From a bacterium (GTDB lineage: Bacteria; Electryoneota; Electryoneia; Electryoneales; Electryoneaceae), in NCBI GenBank assembly GCA_963675295.2, contig CAXXKJ010000002.1, positions 3,232,001 to 3,296,000 of the forward strand: a DNA stretch of 64,000 nucleotides, read 5' to 3'. A program made the translations under genes and the position numbers. Shown one piece after another: positions 36,195-45,624 of the stretch. Within the stretch, counting starts at the first letter, position 1. Each line of letters opens with the position of its first letter. The notes beneath the pieces were generated by a model, which worked only from the letters and a program-made list of their open reading frames with translations, was not told where the DNA came from and made no database searches.

Positions 36195-36622
36195 TCACCG
36201 ATGTCTTCGTTCCACAGGTCGGGCTTCGCAGCGATGAAGTCACGCATCATCTGCTTGCATTCGTCCAGCTCGAGGTCGACCACTTCCACGCCGTGCTGTT
36301 CCATGAACGGTCGTGCGCCATCAAAGGTCTCGCTCTCCCCGACAATCACCTTCGGAATGCGGAACTGCACCACGGTCCCCGCGCACATGTAACACGGCAT
36401 CAGCGTCGAATACAACACCGTGTCCCGGTACGAACCGATCCGTCCGGCGCTACGCAGGGCGTCGGTCTCGGCATGTGTCATCGGGTCATCGTCCTGCACC
36501 CGTTTGTTGTGCCCACGTCCCACGATCTCCCCGTTCCGCACCAGCACGCTGCCAATCGGAATCCCACCTTCCGCCAATCCCTTCCGGGCTTCGTCAATCG
36601 CCGCCTGCATGAACTTATCCAT
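36191..36622 (-). CDS. Cytosine/nucleoside deaminase (CDA superfamily, FCY1-like)
   Basis: EGGIPIGSVL, HAE and PCYMC zinc motifs; WNEDIGE C-terminus. Confidence 0.88.
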   Translation of the reverse strand: MDKFMQAAIDEARKGLAEGGIPIGSVLVRNGEIVGRGHNKRVQDDDPMTHAETDALRSAGRIGSYRDTVLYSTLMPCYMCAGTVVQFRIPKVIVGESETFDGARPFMEQHGVEVVDLELDECKQMMRDFIAAKPDLWNEDIGE

Positions 36623-36726
36623 CAGAACCTCGTGTGGTATCCTCGAATAAATCTCAGAAAGTACTGTCCAAATGTACACACCCGCCCGAAATCGTACTAT
36701 GTTAATGATAGGTGGGTGAGGCAATG

Positions 36727-36803
36727 GACAGTGTTCAGTGGCCAGTACTCATTAATCAGTGGTCTGTGAACCAGACACTCACAACTCACCACTCACAACT
36801 GTC
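36727..36803. repeat. Heptamer-array element bounded by GACAGT/ACTGTC inverted ends
   Basis: (TCAGTGG)-type units followed by (CTCACAA/CTCACCA) units; related to the arrays at 16372 and 46904. Confidence 0.6.
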
Positions 36804-36926
36804 TGCACCCGCAGCCAATGTACAACACGCGGACGCCGGTTTCTCCGCGCGGGCAGCATAATCCCGCCCGCCGGTAATGATCGCACAGCGCAGTACGGGT
36901 CCAATCAATCGCGGAAGGAGGGCACC

Positions 36927-38951
36927 ATGCACAGGGCACTGAGGTTGTTTCTACTGGCCGCACTTCTCCTCGCCTGCGGCACGGTTTACGCCGACGACAC
37001 CGGGAAGATCTGGGGCATGGTGGTTGACAAAGCCACCGGCGAGCCGATCATCGGCGCGAATGTCATCATCGAAGGAACCAGCCGTGGCGCGGCGTCGGAT
37101 CTGGACGGCTTCTTTGTCATCCTCGCCGTTGTGCCGGGCACGTACAACGTGAGCGCGTCGGCTGTCGGCTATGCGAAGGTCACGATCAAGGACGTGATCG
37201 TCGAAGCCGAAAAGACCACCGATCTCGAGTTCGAGCTGGAAGGATCTTCGGTTCAGCTGGAAGACGTCATCCTGGTCTACGAAAAACCATCCGTGGAAAA
37301 AGGTGTCACGTCCAATGTGACGCGGTACAGTGCGGAAGACGTACAGTATCAGGCCGATCCGGATGCTGTGGCCGTTCTAAGAGCCACACCCGGCTTCAAG
37401 GTTGATCAGGAAGGGAAGATCATCATTCGCCAGAACGGCGAGTACATTGGTCTCCCTCGCAACGCACCTCCACCCAGGTCCCCCGTACAGCCTCCGATCC
37501 AGCCTCTGCCGATGGAAGATCGGGAAACCTTCGGCGAGTGGATTCCCAATACGTGGGAGCGTGCTGATGTCAACCCCCTGTCGACATTCTCCATTGACGT
37601 GGACAAGGCATCCTACACACGTACTCGCCGGTATTTACTTGACGACACCCTGCCGCCGTCGGAATCGGTTCGTATCGAAGAACTGGTCAACTTTTTCGAA
37701 TACGAGTATGAGTCTCCGGATCACGATAAACCGTTTTCGATCACGACCGAGCTGGCTGCCTGCCCGTGGAATGAGGATCACCAACTGCTTCACATCGGCC
37801 TGCAGGGACGACAGTATGATTACGATGACATTCCGCCAGCAAATTTCGTCTTCCTCATTGATGTGTCCGGCTCAATGGAACCTGGTGATAAGCTTCCATT
37901 GTTGAAAAAGGGATTGCGGATGCTGGTCGAACGATTGCGTCCGCAGGATCGCGTCGCACTTGTAACCTATGCGGATGACGCAGCCGTTTACTTACCCTCC
38001 ACAAGCGGCAGGGACAAGAATGTCATCCTCGCAAGCATTAATGGCCTTCGTGCAAGTGGTTGGACTGCGGGTGGTGCCGGAATCATGCTAGCGTATGATA
38101 CTGCTGCGGAGAACTTTGATTCCGAACGCAACAACCGTGTCATTCTGTGCACCGACGGCGACTTCAACGTTGGACTGCAATCGACGGAGGCGCTGGATTC
38201 CCTGATAAGCGTCAAGCGGGAAGGCGGCTTTTTCCTCACCGTAATGGGATTTGGTGCCAAGATCACTCAGCACCAGAAAATGGAAATCCTCGCCGACCGG
38301 GGAAATGGTGTCTATTACTACGTGGACGACATCCTCGAGGCGAAGCGCGTTTTCAGCGAGGATCTCGGATCGCTACTGACCATCGCCAAGGATGTCAAGC
38401 TGCAGGTGGAATTCAACCCGGTTGAGGTTGCGGAATATCGGCTGATTGGCTACGAAAACCGGCTGCTGGATGACGAGGACTTCGACGACGACACCAAAGA
38501 CGCTGGCGAATTCGGTGCGGGCCAGTCAGTTACTGTACTGTACGAAATCGTTCCACAGGCAAACCTGCAACGCGCGGGCAAGCGCTTCATGCGCTACCAG
38601 CGCAGCATTTTGACAGAGGAAGCGTTCTGGAGCAACGAGATTGTCACTGTCAACATTCGCTACAAACGCCCGAGCAGTGACGAAAGCACGCTGCTGGTTC
38701 TGCACGGTCAAGCGGACGCATCCAGCCTCGATCAAGCCAGCAGTAACTTCCGTTGGGCTGCGGCAGTGGCTGAGTTTGGTCTGCTTTTACGTGGATCGGA
38801 CCAGAAAGGCAGTGCGACATACGATCACGTGATTGATCTTGCCCGAAACGCGCGCGGAGTCGATTTGGAAGGTACCCGCGCTGAGTTCATTCATCTGGCT
38901 GAACGGGCTCAACTTCTTGCTGAACCGCAGGTCGCGGACGTAGAGGACTGA
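36927..38951 (+). CDS. YfbK-like VWA protein (vWF_A/DUF3520) with an N-terminal carboxypeptidase-regulatory-like domain
   Basis: Signal peptide; GEPIIGANV; PLSTFSIDVD.ASY, DVSGSM (MIDAS), TDGDFNVG, TIAKDVKLQVEFNP and YRLIGYENR motifs. Confidence 0.85.
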   Translation: MHRALRLFLLAALLLACGTVYADDTGKIWGMVVDKATGEPIIGANVIIEGTSRGAASDLDGFFVILAVVPGTYNVSASAVGYAKVTIKDVIVEAEKTTDLEFELEGSSVQLEDVILVYEKPSVEKGVTSNVTRYSAEDVQYQADPDAVAVLRATPGFKVDQEGKIIIRQNGEYIGLPRNAPPPRSPVQPPIQPLPMEDRETFGEWIPNTWERADVNPLSTFSIDVDKASYTRTRRYLLDDTLPPSESVRIEELVNFFEYEYESPDHDKPFSITTELAACPWNEDHQLLHIGLQGRQYDYDDIPPANFVFLIDVSGSMEPGDKLPLLKKGLRMLVERLRPQDRVALVTYADDAAVYLPSTSGRDKNVILASINGLRASGWTAGGAGIMLAYDTAAENFDSERNNRVILCTDGDFNVGLQSTEALDSLISVKREGGFFLTVMGFGAKITQHQKMEILADRGNGVYYYVDDILEAKRVFSEDLGSLLTIAKDVKLQVEFNPVEVAEYRLIGYENRLLDDEDFDDDTKDAGEFGAGQSVTVLYEIVPQANLQRAGKRFMRYQRSILTEEAFWSNEIVTVNIRYKRPSSDESTLLVLHGQADASSLDQASSNFRWAAAVAEFGLLLRGSDQKGSATYDHVIDLARNARGVDLEGTRAEFIHLAERAQLLAEPQVADVED

Positions 38952-38957
38952 TCCATC

Positions 38958-40067
38958 ATGACGACAACCCGGCAGCCAGTCGAGCTGGACAGCACCACGC
39001 TTGACTGGCTGCTCGATTCACGCGATCCGGCATTACGGGCGATGGTGTTGACCGATCTGCTGGACCGCGCAGACAACGACCCCGAGGTACTGGACGCACG
39101 GTCGCGGATACCGGAGCAACCTTACGCGAAGGCGGCATTGGATGCCATCACTTCCGGCCGGATCTGGGATCACACGTTCTATATCAAATACCGTGGCATC
39201 AGTTGGACCATGGCGCATTTGAGCGAGATCGGTGTGCCGGGCGATCACCCCGCAATCCAGACGGGGATCGAGCATATCCTCGAGACCCCGAAGGCTGCGA
39301 ATCGGATGAAGAATTGGTCCGGTCCACCGCTCAAGGGTGCGGAACCGGTGTATTGGATGGCAGCGTTTCCGTGCCTCACCGCACGCATGGCGACTGTCCT
39401 CGCCCGCTATGGACTGGCGGATCACGAGGTCACCCGTGGTGCACGGGCATTCCTGTTGGCGATGCCCCAGCCGGTGATCGGCTTCGCCTGCCGGGTGATT
39501 GACGACTATTCCCTGCTGCCCGGCTGCATCATGACGGTGCCGGAAGTGCTGAAAAGCTGGCTCACGATCCCCACGGACGAGCGCACACCTGAGGAGAACA
39601 CGGCCATCCGTGAAGTGGTCGCGTTGTTGTGGAAGCACGAGTTGTACAAGTATGTCCCGGTCGCGGCAAAGGAGTACGGGGAAGCGATCTACGGCAAGAA
39701 GGTAAAGGAAATCCGCGAGCTGAAGCAGCAGTGGACCGACGCCGGCCGGCTCGAACCACGCAAGGAAAAGACCGGTTGGCTGAAGTTCAGCTTCCCGTTG
39801 ACCTACAACCCCGACCTGCTCGAGCTGCTGCTGGTCCTGGGCGAGGCCCGGCGTCAGTTCGGTGAGAAACTGGTCCCGCGTGATGCGATTTTGGATGACG
39901 CGTTGCAGCGTCTGCTAGACCGTCGCAACCCGGACGGCCGCTGGAAACTGACCGGCGGCATCAACGGCAAGATGTGGGCGAATCTCGACCAGAAAGGCAA
40001 GCCGAGCCCGTGGATCACCTATCGCGCGCATCGAGCGCTCGCTTTGCTCGATCCTGCCGCTGCCTGA
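38958..40067 (+). CDS. Conserved hypothetical protein (terpene cyclase/prenyltransferase-like alpha-barrel)
   Basis: LDWLL..DP, KY.G..W, PCLT, FSFPLTY..DLLELL, DGRW and KPSPWIT pattern. Confidence 0.6.
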   Translation: MTTTRQPVELDSTTLDWLLDSRDPALRAMVLTDLLDRADNDPEVLDARSRIPEQPYAKAALDAITSGRIWDHTFYIKYRGISWTMAHLSEIGVPGDHPAIQTGIEHILETPKAANRMKNWSGPPLKGAEPVYWMAAFPCLTARMATVLARYGLADHEVTRGARAFLLAMPQPVIGFACRVIDDYSLLPGCIMTVPEVLKSWLTIPTDERTPEENTAIREVVALLWKHELYKYVPVAAKEYGEAIYGKKVKEIRELKQQWTDAGRLEPRKEKTGWLKFSFPLTYNPDLLELLLVLGEARRQFGEKLVPRDAILDDALQRLLDRRNPDGRWKLTGGINGKMWANLDQKGKPSPWITYRAHRALALLDPAAA

Positions 40068-40169
40068 CCGATCTCGCAGGCCGAGCCCGTTCCCGTTGAA
40101 ACCCTGCCACCACAACCCCGGTATCACAGACAACAGAACAGGGTTTGGTAGCCACGGAAGGATGCGGGA

Positions 40170-40598
40170 GTGCGATTGCAACGACGGGATGGCTGGCGTG
40201 AGCCGGCACGTGATCTGGGACTGTTGGCGCTACGGTTGTCGGTTGGGTTGATGATGCTGCTGGCGCATGGCTGGCCGAAGCTGAGCAATTACGGCGAGCT
40301 GCTGGAGAAATTCCCCGATCCACTGGGCATGGGCAGCGGGTTGAGCCTGTTCCTCGCGGTCTCGTCCGAGGTCGGGGCCAGCGTGCTGATCATCGCTGGT
40401 CTGCTGACACGGCTGGCGTCGGTGCCGCTACTGATCACGATGCTCGTCGCCGGGTTCGTCGTGCACGGTTCCGACCCCTTCGCGACACAGGAAAAGGCAT
40501 TCGTGTACGCCGTAGCTTACCTCGCGTTGATCCTCACCGGCCCGGGACGGCTGTCGCTGGACAACCTGCTCCACTCCCGCCTGTGGTTGAAACGGTAA
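40170..40598 (+). CDS. DoxX-family membrane protein
   Basis: LR..G..ML..HG.PK, E..G...L..GLLTRLA and GPGRLSLD motifs. Confidence 0.85.
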   Translation: MRLQRRDGWREPARDLGLLALRLSVGLMMLLAHGWPKLSNYGELLEKFPDPLGMGSGLSLFLAVSSEVGASVLIIAGLLTRLASVPLLITMLVAGFVVHGSDPFATQEKAFVYAVAYLALILTGPGRLSLDNLLHSRLWLKR

Positions 40599-40645
40599 CG
40601 GGTGTCTTCGTCTGCGGGAGCGTTCGAGCAGCACTCCACGACGAT

Positions 40646-42307
40646 CTAGTGCAGCAACACGATTTTGTGAGTCGAGCGTTCTTTTCCGGCCAACGTAACC
40701 AGGTATAGTCCCGTGCCCGCGGATACCACTGAATCACGGGGGTTCCAGTTGTGTTTCAGCAATTCGCCGGGCTGTCCATGTAGATTTGCCTGGTAGACCA
40801 GTTGACCGAGAACGTTGTGGATACGGATGTGAGCCTCACCCAATCCGTCTGCTTGCAGGGTGATCCGGAACGAACCGTTGCTCGGATTCGGATAGACAGT
40901 GGCAAGTGTCTGAGTTGCCGGCATTGGATCCGGTTCATCAACGTCGCTGAAGATCTGAGGCTGATACAAGCGGTTCCCGCCGACATTGCAACCGGGCATC
41001 GGCCATTCCAAGCTGTAATCACCACCCTCCATGGGAACATCGTACGCGGCAATCTGCCCATTGGGATTAAACGTCACCATGATCATCGACCCCGCCTCAG
41101 GTGGAAAACAGGCGGTTTGCCCATAAATGTACACCGGGTATGTTATCGGAACGTTGATCGGAAAACCGGAGATAGGTTGATTCAATTCGTAGCCGTAAAG
41201 CTTGCAGTTTGAAGGTGAATTTGGGGATAGCAAGAAGATGCGCGCACTGGATGAACCGATCCTGCGAAGTACAACAGGTGGCTCTCCCGCACCCACGACA
41301 TTTGGCATTTCAATCGGAAATCCGGGGAAGCTGCTCCCATCGGTTCGAAATGCGTATAGATGTTCGTCAAATGGATGAAAGAGAAGCTCAGGAACCGCGT
41401 CCCCATCGAGATCAGCAGCAACAACGTCATAACTAACTTCACTTACGCCGTTGATATAAGGATTGCGAACTGGAAATCCCGACAGAGATTGCCCCTGCTC
41501 ATCAAATGCGTACAATGAGTCCTTATCCACGAAAGTGAGGAACCATCCCTCGGCATCAGAAATCAGTGTCAGCGGTGAGTAAGTGGCGTCCACATCAATC
41601 GCGACAGGATATCCCGCGATATCCTCTCCAGATTGCAGGTATTTCGCCTGGATTGTCGTACCCGTTGTCCAGAATATCGCAGGGTCAGCGTGCCAGTTAT
41701 CGCCGATTCCAAGACAGGGAGCGCCGAAGTAGGCAGCCTCCACGACCCCGGCATATTTGGGAAATCCAGGGAGTGAACTTCCGTCGCCGTTGAGTCCATA
41801 GACCAAAGAATCAGCAACAAAAAACAACTCGTCATAGTCATCATCGTCAACATTGATCAGAACGTGAGCCCCGAATGGCCTGTTCATTGCCGCTGGTGGT
41901 GGCAGGTTCAGATCAAACAGCAAGCGTTCACCTTCCAGCGAGTACACGTAGATTTTGTTTCCCTCGTCCTGTTGCCATAACCGAATAACGAACTCCAGCT
42001 GCTCATCCCCAAGGAGGTTGCCCCAGCGAATCCCCTGGACAAGCAATCCATCCTGACCATAATCAAGCTCAATTGGCCAACCAGGCAGGAACTGGCCGTC
42101 TGTCGTTAACAACGCAATGCACTGGTTCGTACTGACTGAGATCACATCACCATACTCGGGAATCGTGCCCACGGCCAGATTGTTCGCCGTCCCACTTGCA
42201 CCAGCCGGCGAAATCTGCTGCGGCCAACCCGGCCGAAGCTGGGGTTGCCCCATCACGGATAAAGCATAAATCGGCAGCATACTAAGACATATAAAAACTT
42301 TCAACAT
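40646..42307 (-). CDS. Secreted repeat protein (xPGFP/GWP, FG-GAP-like) with T9SS-type CTD
   Basis: Signal peptide; repeated DG..LPG(W/F)P; YPNPSN...GLYLV...HKIVLLH. Confidence 0.78.
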   Translation of the reverse strand: MLKVFICLSMLPIYALSVMGQPQLRPGWPQQISPAGASGTANNLAVGTIPEYGDVISVSTNQCIALLTTDGQFLPGWPIELDYGQDGLLVQGIRWGNLLGDEQLEFVIRLWQQDEGNKIYVYSLEGERLLFDLNLPPPAAMNRPFGAHVLINVDDDDYDELFFVADSLVYGLNGDGSSLPGFPKYAGVVEAAYFGAPCLGIGDNWHADPAIFWTTGTTIQAKYLQSGEDIAGYPVAIDVDATYSPLTLISDAEGWFLTFVDKDSLYAFDEQGQSLSGFPVRNPYINGVSEVSYDVVAADLDGDAVPELLFHPFDEHLYAFRTDGSSFPGFPIEMPNVVGAGEPPVVLRRIGSSSARIFLLSPNSPSNCKLYGYELNQPISGFPINVPITYPVYIYGQTACFPPEAGSMIMVTFNPNGQIAAYDVPMEGGDYSLEWPMPGCNVGGNRLYQPQIFSDVDEPDPMPATQTLATVYPNPSNGSFRITLQADGLGEAHIRIHNVLGQLVYQANLHGQPGELLKHNWNPRDSVVSAGTGLYLVTLAGKERSTHKIVLLH

Positions 42308-42392
42308 TTTGCCAAACTCCCGAGCTTAGTTGACATCGACGTATTAATGTATTCACTATATACTAGCGGAGCAAACATCTGAGGAGAATACG

Positions 42393-42806
42393 ATGAAGAC
42401 GAGTTCGAAAAACACTTCTTTGCTGTTTCTGTTGGCATTCGCTTCAATGATACTGGCCTTTGGGCCTGTTCTCGCCGCTGACCCACCACTGGGGATTTGG
42501 GACGTGAGCATTACAAGTGTCTGGCACTTTGAGGAGGAGTACGAATTCTATCAACCCACCGCGTTTGGGTACGCGCAGATTGACCCGAATCCTGGTAGCT
42601 CCTACTGGGAGTATCTGCCACTTGGTACCTCCTGGCAGTTTGATAACATCCAATCCTACGCCAGTGGAACCGTTTATTCTATACTTTGGCCCAATGTGAC
42701 GGGGGTGACCGTTGTCACCTACCCAGACTGCGATGACAGTAGTGAGATTACCGGTAGTATCTCACAGGCACAGACTCACGAATGGCAAACAGTCTTGGGA
42801 GAATAG
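42393..42806 (+). CDS. Small secreted hypothetical protein
   Basis: GAGGAG RBS; signal peptide; divergent from the 40646-42307 gene. Confidence 0.6.
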   Translation: MKTSSKNTSLLFLLAFASMILAFGPVLAADPPLGIWDVSITSVWHFEEEYEFYQPTAFGYAQIDPNPGSSYWEYLPLGTSWQFDNIQSYASGTVYSILWPNVTGVTVVTYPDCDDSSEITGSISQAQTHEWQTVLGE

Positions 42807-43046
42807 TCCGGTCAGAAGTTTCTGATTACTTCAACCTATCTGCTCCGCACTCTGCCCCCACACGTTGTGGGGGTTTGTTGTGGATCCCATTAAAGAATCT
42901 GGTTGCCAACAGCACCGCAGATTGTCAGAATCGAATACTGTCGCTCCTGAAGAACGTAGGTTTCAAATTGGCCTGATAGCACCATGTTTCATAGAGAAAA
43001 GACCTCATCCCCTGTACTATTTTACAAGTAACCTGGAGAATAGAAA

Positions 43047-43120
43047 AACCGGGGACACATTCACACGAACGTGTCCCCGGTTGATGTTTTGCTCACAGCT
43101 CACAGCTCAGAGCTCGCAAC
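43047..43120. repeat. Palindrome AACCGGGGACAC...GTGTCCCCGGTT plus (GCTCACA)n heptamers; may act as the gdhA terminator
   Basis: 12-bp perfect inverted repeat; same architecture as 16530-16626. Confidence 0.65.
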
Positions 43121-43129
43121 TACCGTCCA

Positions 43130-44416
43130 TCAGCACCAGCCGCGATCCTTGCAGCTCTGCGCGACACGGCTGATCGCGATGACATATGCGGCGTCACGCA
43201 TGTACAGCTTGCGTTTGCGTGCCAGTTCGCTCACCGCGATGAAGGCGTCGGTCATCTTCAGGTCGAGCTTGCCGAGCACTTCGTCCCGGGTCCAGTAGTA
43301 GTTCATGTTCGACTGCACCTGTTCGAAGTAGGAGCAGGTGACGCCGCCGGCGTTCGCGAGGAAGTCCGGGATGACGAAGATGCCGCGTTCTTCGAGCACG
43401 GCGTCCGCTTCCGGAGTCGTTGGCCCGTTCGCGCCTTCCGCGATCACTTTGACACGCTGGCTGATCTTGTCAACGTTGTCGCCGGTGATCTGGTTTTCCA
43501 GCGCGCACGGCAGCAGCACGTCCACATCCTGCTCGATCCACGCGTCCCCGCTGAGGATTTCGTAGCCCTTGTCCTTCGCCTTGGCTTTGTCGACTTCGCC
43601 GAAGCGGTCGGTCATGGACAGCAGGTCGTCCAGGTCGATCCCGTCCACCTTGCGGAAGGTGTACGAGGTCTGGTCGTGGTTGTCCCACGTTGAGACGGCG
43701 ACCACGGTCCCGCCGAGTTGGGTGTAGAGCCGCATCGCGTACTGGGCGACGTTACCGAAGCCCTGGAACGCTGCGGTGGTGTCTTCCGGACGGATTTCCA
43801 GTTCCTTCAACGCTTCCCGCAGGGTGAAGACGACGCCGAACCCGGTCGCTTCGGTACGTCCCAGCGAACCGCCCATGCCCACCGGCTTGCCGGTGATCAG
43901 GCCCGGGTAGTGGCCACCGGTCAGGGTTTCGTACTCGTCGAGCATCCACAGCATGTGCTGCGCGGAGGTCATCACGTCCGGCGCCGGAACGTCGTTCACC
44001 GGGCCGATATTTTTCCACAGCTGACGGATGAAGCCACGGCAGATCTGTTCCTGTTCCTTCATCGACAGGTTGTGCGGATCGCAGATCACGCCGCCCTTGC
44101 CGCCGCCGAGCGGGATGTCGACACACGCGCACTTCCAGGTCATCCACATCGACAATGCGCGCACGGTGTCCACGGTTTCCTGCGGGTGGAACCGGATGCC
44201 GCCCTTGTTCGGGCCGCGGGCGTCATTGTGCTGGCAACGGAAGCCACGGAAAACGCGGGTAGTGCCGTCGTCCATCTTCACCGGGATGCTGAAATGGAAC
44301 TCGCGCAACGGGGTGCGCAGCAATTCACGTGTGCCTTCATCGAGGTTAAGCAGTTCGGCGACTTTATCGAACTGAGTCTGCGCCATCGCGAACGGATTGA
44401 AACCTTTTTCCGCCAT
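43130..44416 (-). CDS. gdhA: Glu/Leu/Phe/Val dehydrogenase (glutamate dehydrogenase)
   Basis: GPNKGGIRFHP, GGGKGG, DVPAPDV, GGSLGRTEATG, QGFGNV, EGANGP and PDFLANAGGVTCSYFEQVQ motifs. Confidence 0.92.
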   Translation of the reverse strand: MAEKGFNPFAMAQTQFDKVAELLNLDEGTRELLRTPLREFHFSIPVKMDDGTTRVFRGFRCQHNDARGPNKGGIRFHPQETVDTVRALSMWMTWKCACVDIPLGGGKGGVICDPHNLSMKEQEQICRGFIRQLWKNIGPVNDVPAPDVMTSAQHMLWMLDEYETLTGGHYPGLITGKPVGMGGSLGRTEATGFGVVFTLREALKELEIRPEDTTAAFQGFGNVAQYAMRLYTQLGGTVVAVSTWDNHDQTSYTFRKVDGIDLDDLLSMTDRFGEVDKAKAKDKGYEILSGDAWIEQDVDVLLPCALENQITGDNVDKISQRVKVIAEGANGPTTPEADAVLEERGIFVIPDFLANAGGVTCSYFEQVQSNMNYYWTRDEVLGKLDLKMTDAFIAVSELARKRKLYMRDAAYVIAISRVAQSCKDRGWC

Positions 44417-44507
44417 CATGTCCTCACATCGTAAACCGATGAACCACCGCCATTGCCGGGGGCGATGGTCGCCCGTTGCGGTCCGCACGTTCGCGTCCCG
44501 AAGACAG

Positions 44508-44542
44508 AAAAGGGTGAAGCCGAGTTTTGCCTCGGCCTCACC
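44508..44542 (-). terminator. Intrinsic terminator between the metallophosphoesterase gene and gdhA
   Basis: Minus strand GGTGAGGCCGAG-gcaaaa-CTCGGCTTCACC-CTTTT. Confidence 0.6.
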
Positions 44543-44609
44543 GCTTGTGTTAAAGGTAACAAGCGCAACTCAGGGGAGCAACCCGGGCTCGGGGGCTCGA
44601 CATTGCGTG

Positions 44610-45455
44610 TCACAGGGTCAACCGCGCCGCATCAGCGGGATTATCGCTGTCGATTTCGACGACCACCAGCTCCGGTCCACCGGTCGCACCGTTCATCATC
44701 CATGTCCGTCCCAGCTGTTCCCTGAAGTCGCCGGTACGGGAGGTGGATTCGTGGATGTGGCCGTGCAACGTCAGCAGCGGCTGCCGATGCTCGATCCAGC
44801 GACGGATGGCGATCGAACCGACGTGCGAATCGAGCGGCACATGGTCGACCATCTTGCCCTCGAGGCCGGCGTGATCGAGCGCGGTCTTGTACGGCGGCGA
44901 GTGTGCTAGCAGGACGGCGTTTTCCATCTCGACGCCTTCCGTCAGCCCGGCCAGATCCTCGGCGATGGTTTGATAGCGCAGATCACGTTGCCGGACCGGA
45001 ATGCTGTGCTGTCCTTCCTCCGGCGAGACGCAGCCGGGGTCAACGTACCGGCTGACATCGTACTTCTCCCAGTCCTTCAGCATGAACGGCGTCGGCGGAA
45101 CGTAATTGTAGCCGATCAACGTCAGCCCCATCACCTCGACGACCTGCATGTGCAGGTACGTCCACAAGCCCCCCGCCCCATTCTCGACGAACCACGGCTC
45201 AATCGATGCGCCGTCATCATTGCCGAGGATCAGGTACACTTTCGGGTAGCGGTCGCCGAGTGTGGCTCGGACTCGTTCGAACCCGCCAAGGAAGATATCA
45301 GCGAAGAAATCGCCGTTGATGCTGTGAAACCCATGCGGACACAGATCACCGCCGAGCAGCAGCATGTCCGGCGGAGATTGGATCAGGTACTCGAACAGCT
45401 TTTCGTAGCGGTTCGGGTGTCCGTGCAGATCGGTGGCAAAGGCAAGGCGTGGCAT
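44610..45455 (-). CDS. Metallophosphoesterase (Icc-related)
   Basis: DLHG, GGD, GNDD, HSPP and HGHIHE motifs. Confidence 0.85.
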   Translation of the reverse strand: MPRLAFATDLHGHPNRYEKLFEYLIQSPPDMLLLGGDLCPHGFHSINGDFFADIFLGGFERVRATLGDRYPKVYLILGNDDGASIEPWFVENGAGGLWTYLHMQVVEVMGLTLIGYNYVPPTPFMLKDWEKYDVSRYVDPGCVSPEEGQHSIPVRQRDLRYQTIAEDLAGLTEGVEMENAVLLAHSPPYKTALDHAGLEGKMVDHVPLDSHVGSIAIRRWIEHRQPLLTLHGHIHESTSRTGDFREQLGRTWMMNGATGGPELVVVEIDSDNPADAARLTL

Positions 45456-45624
45456 CAGTTCTCAACCGGGTTACGGTACGATTTGCGAATGTAGGTACGT
45501 TTGCCATCCCTTCGCTCTCGGCAGCTCGTGATCAGCGTGGGGCGGTGGAAAGCTGATCGGGCATGTGTGTACTCTTTAGTGTCGAAACATATGTTCCATC
45601 GGATCACCCACGAAAGCTCCAGCC

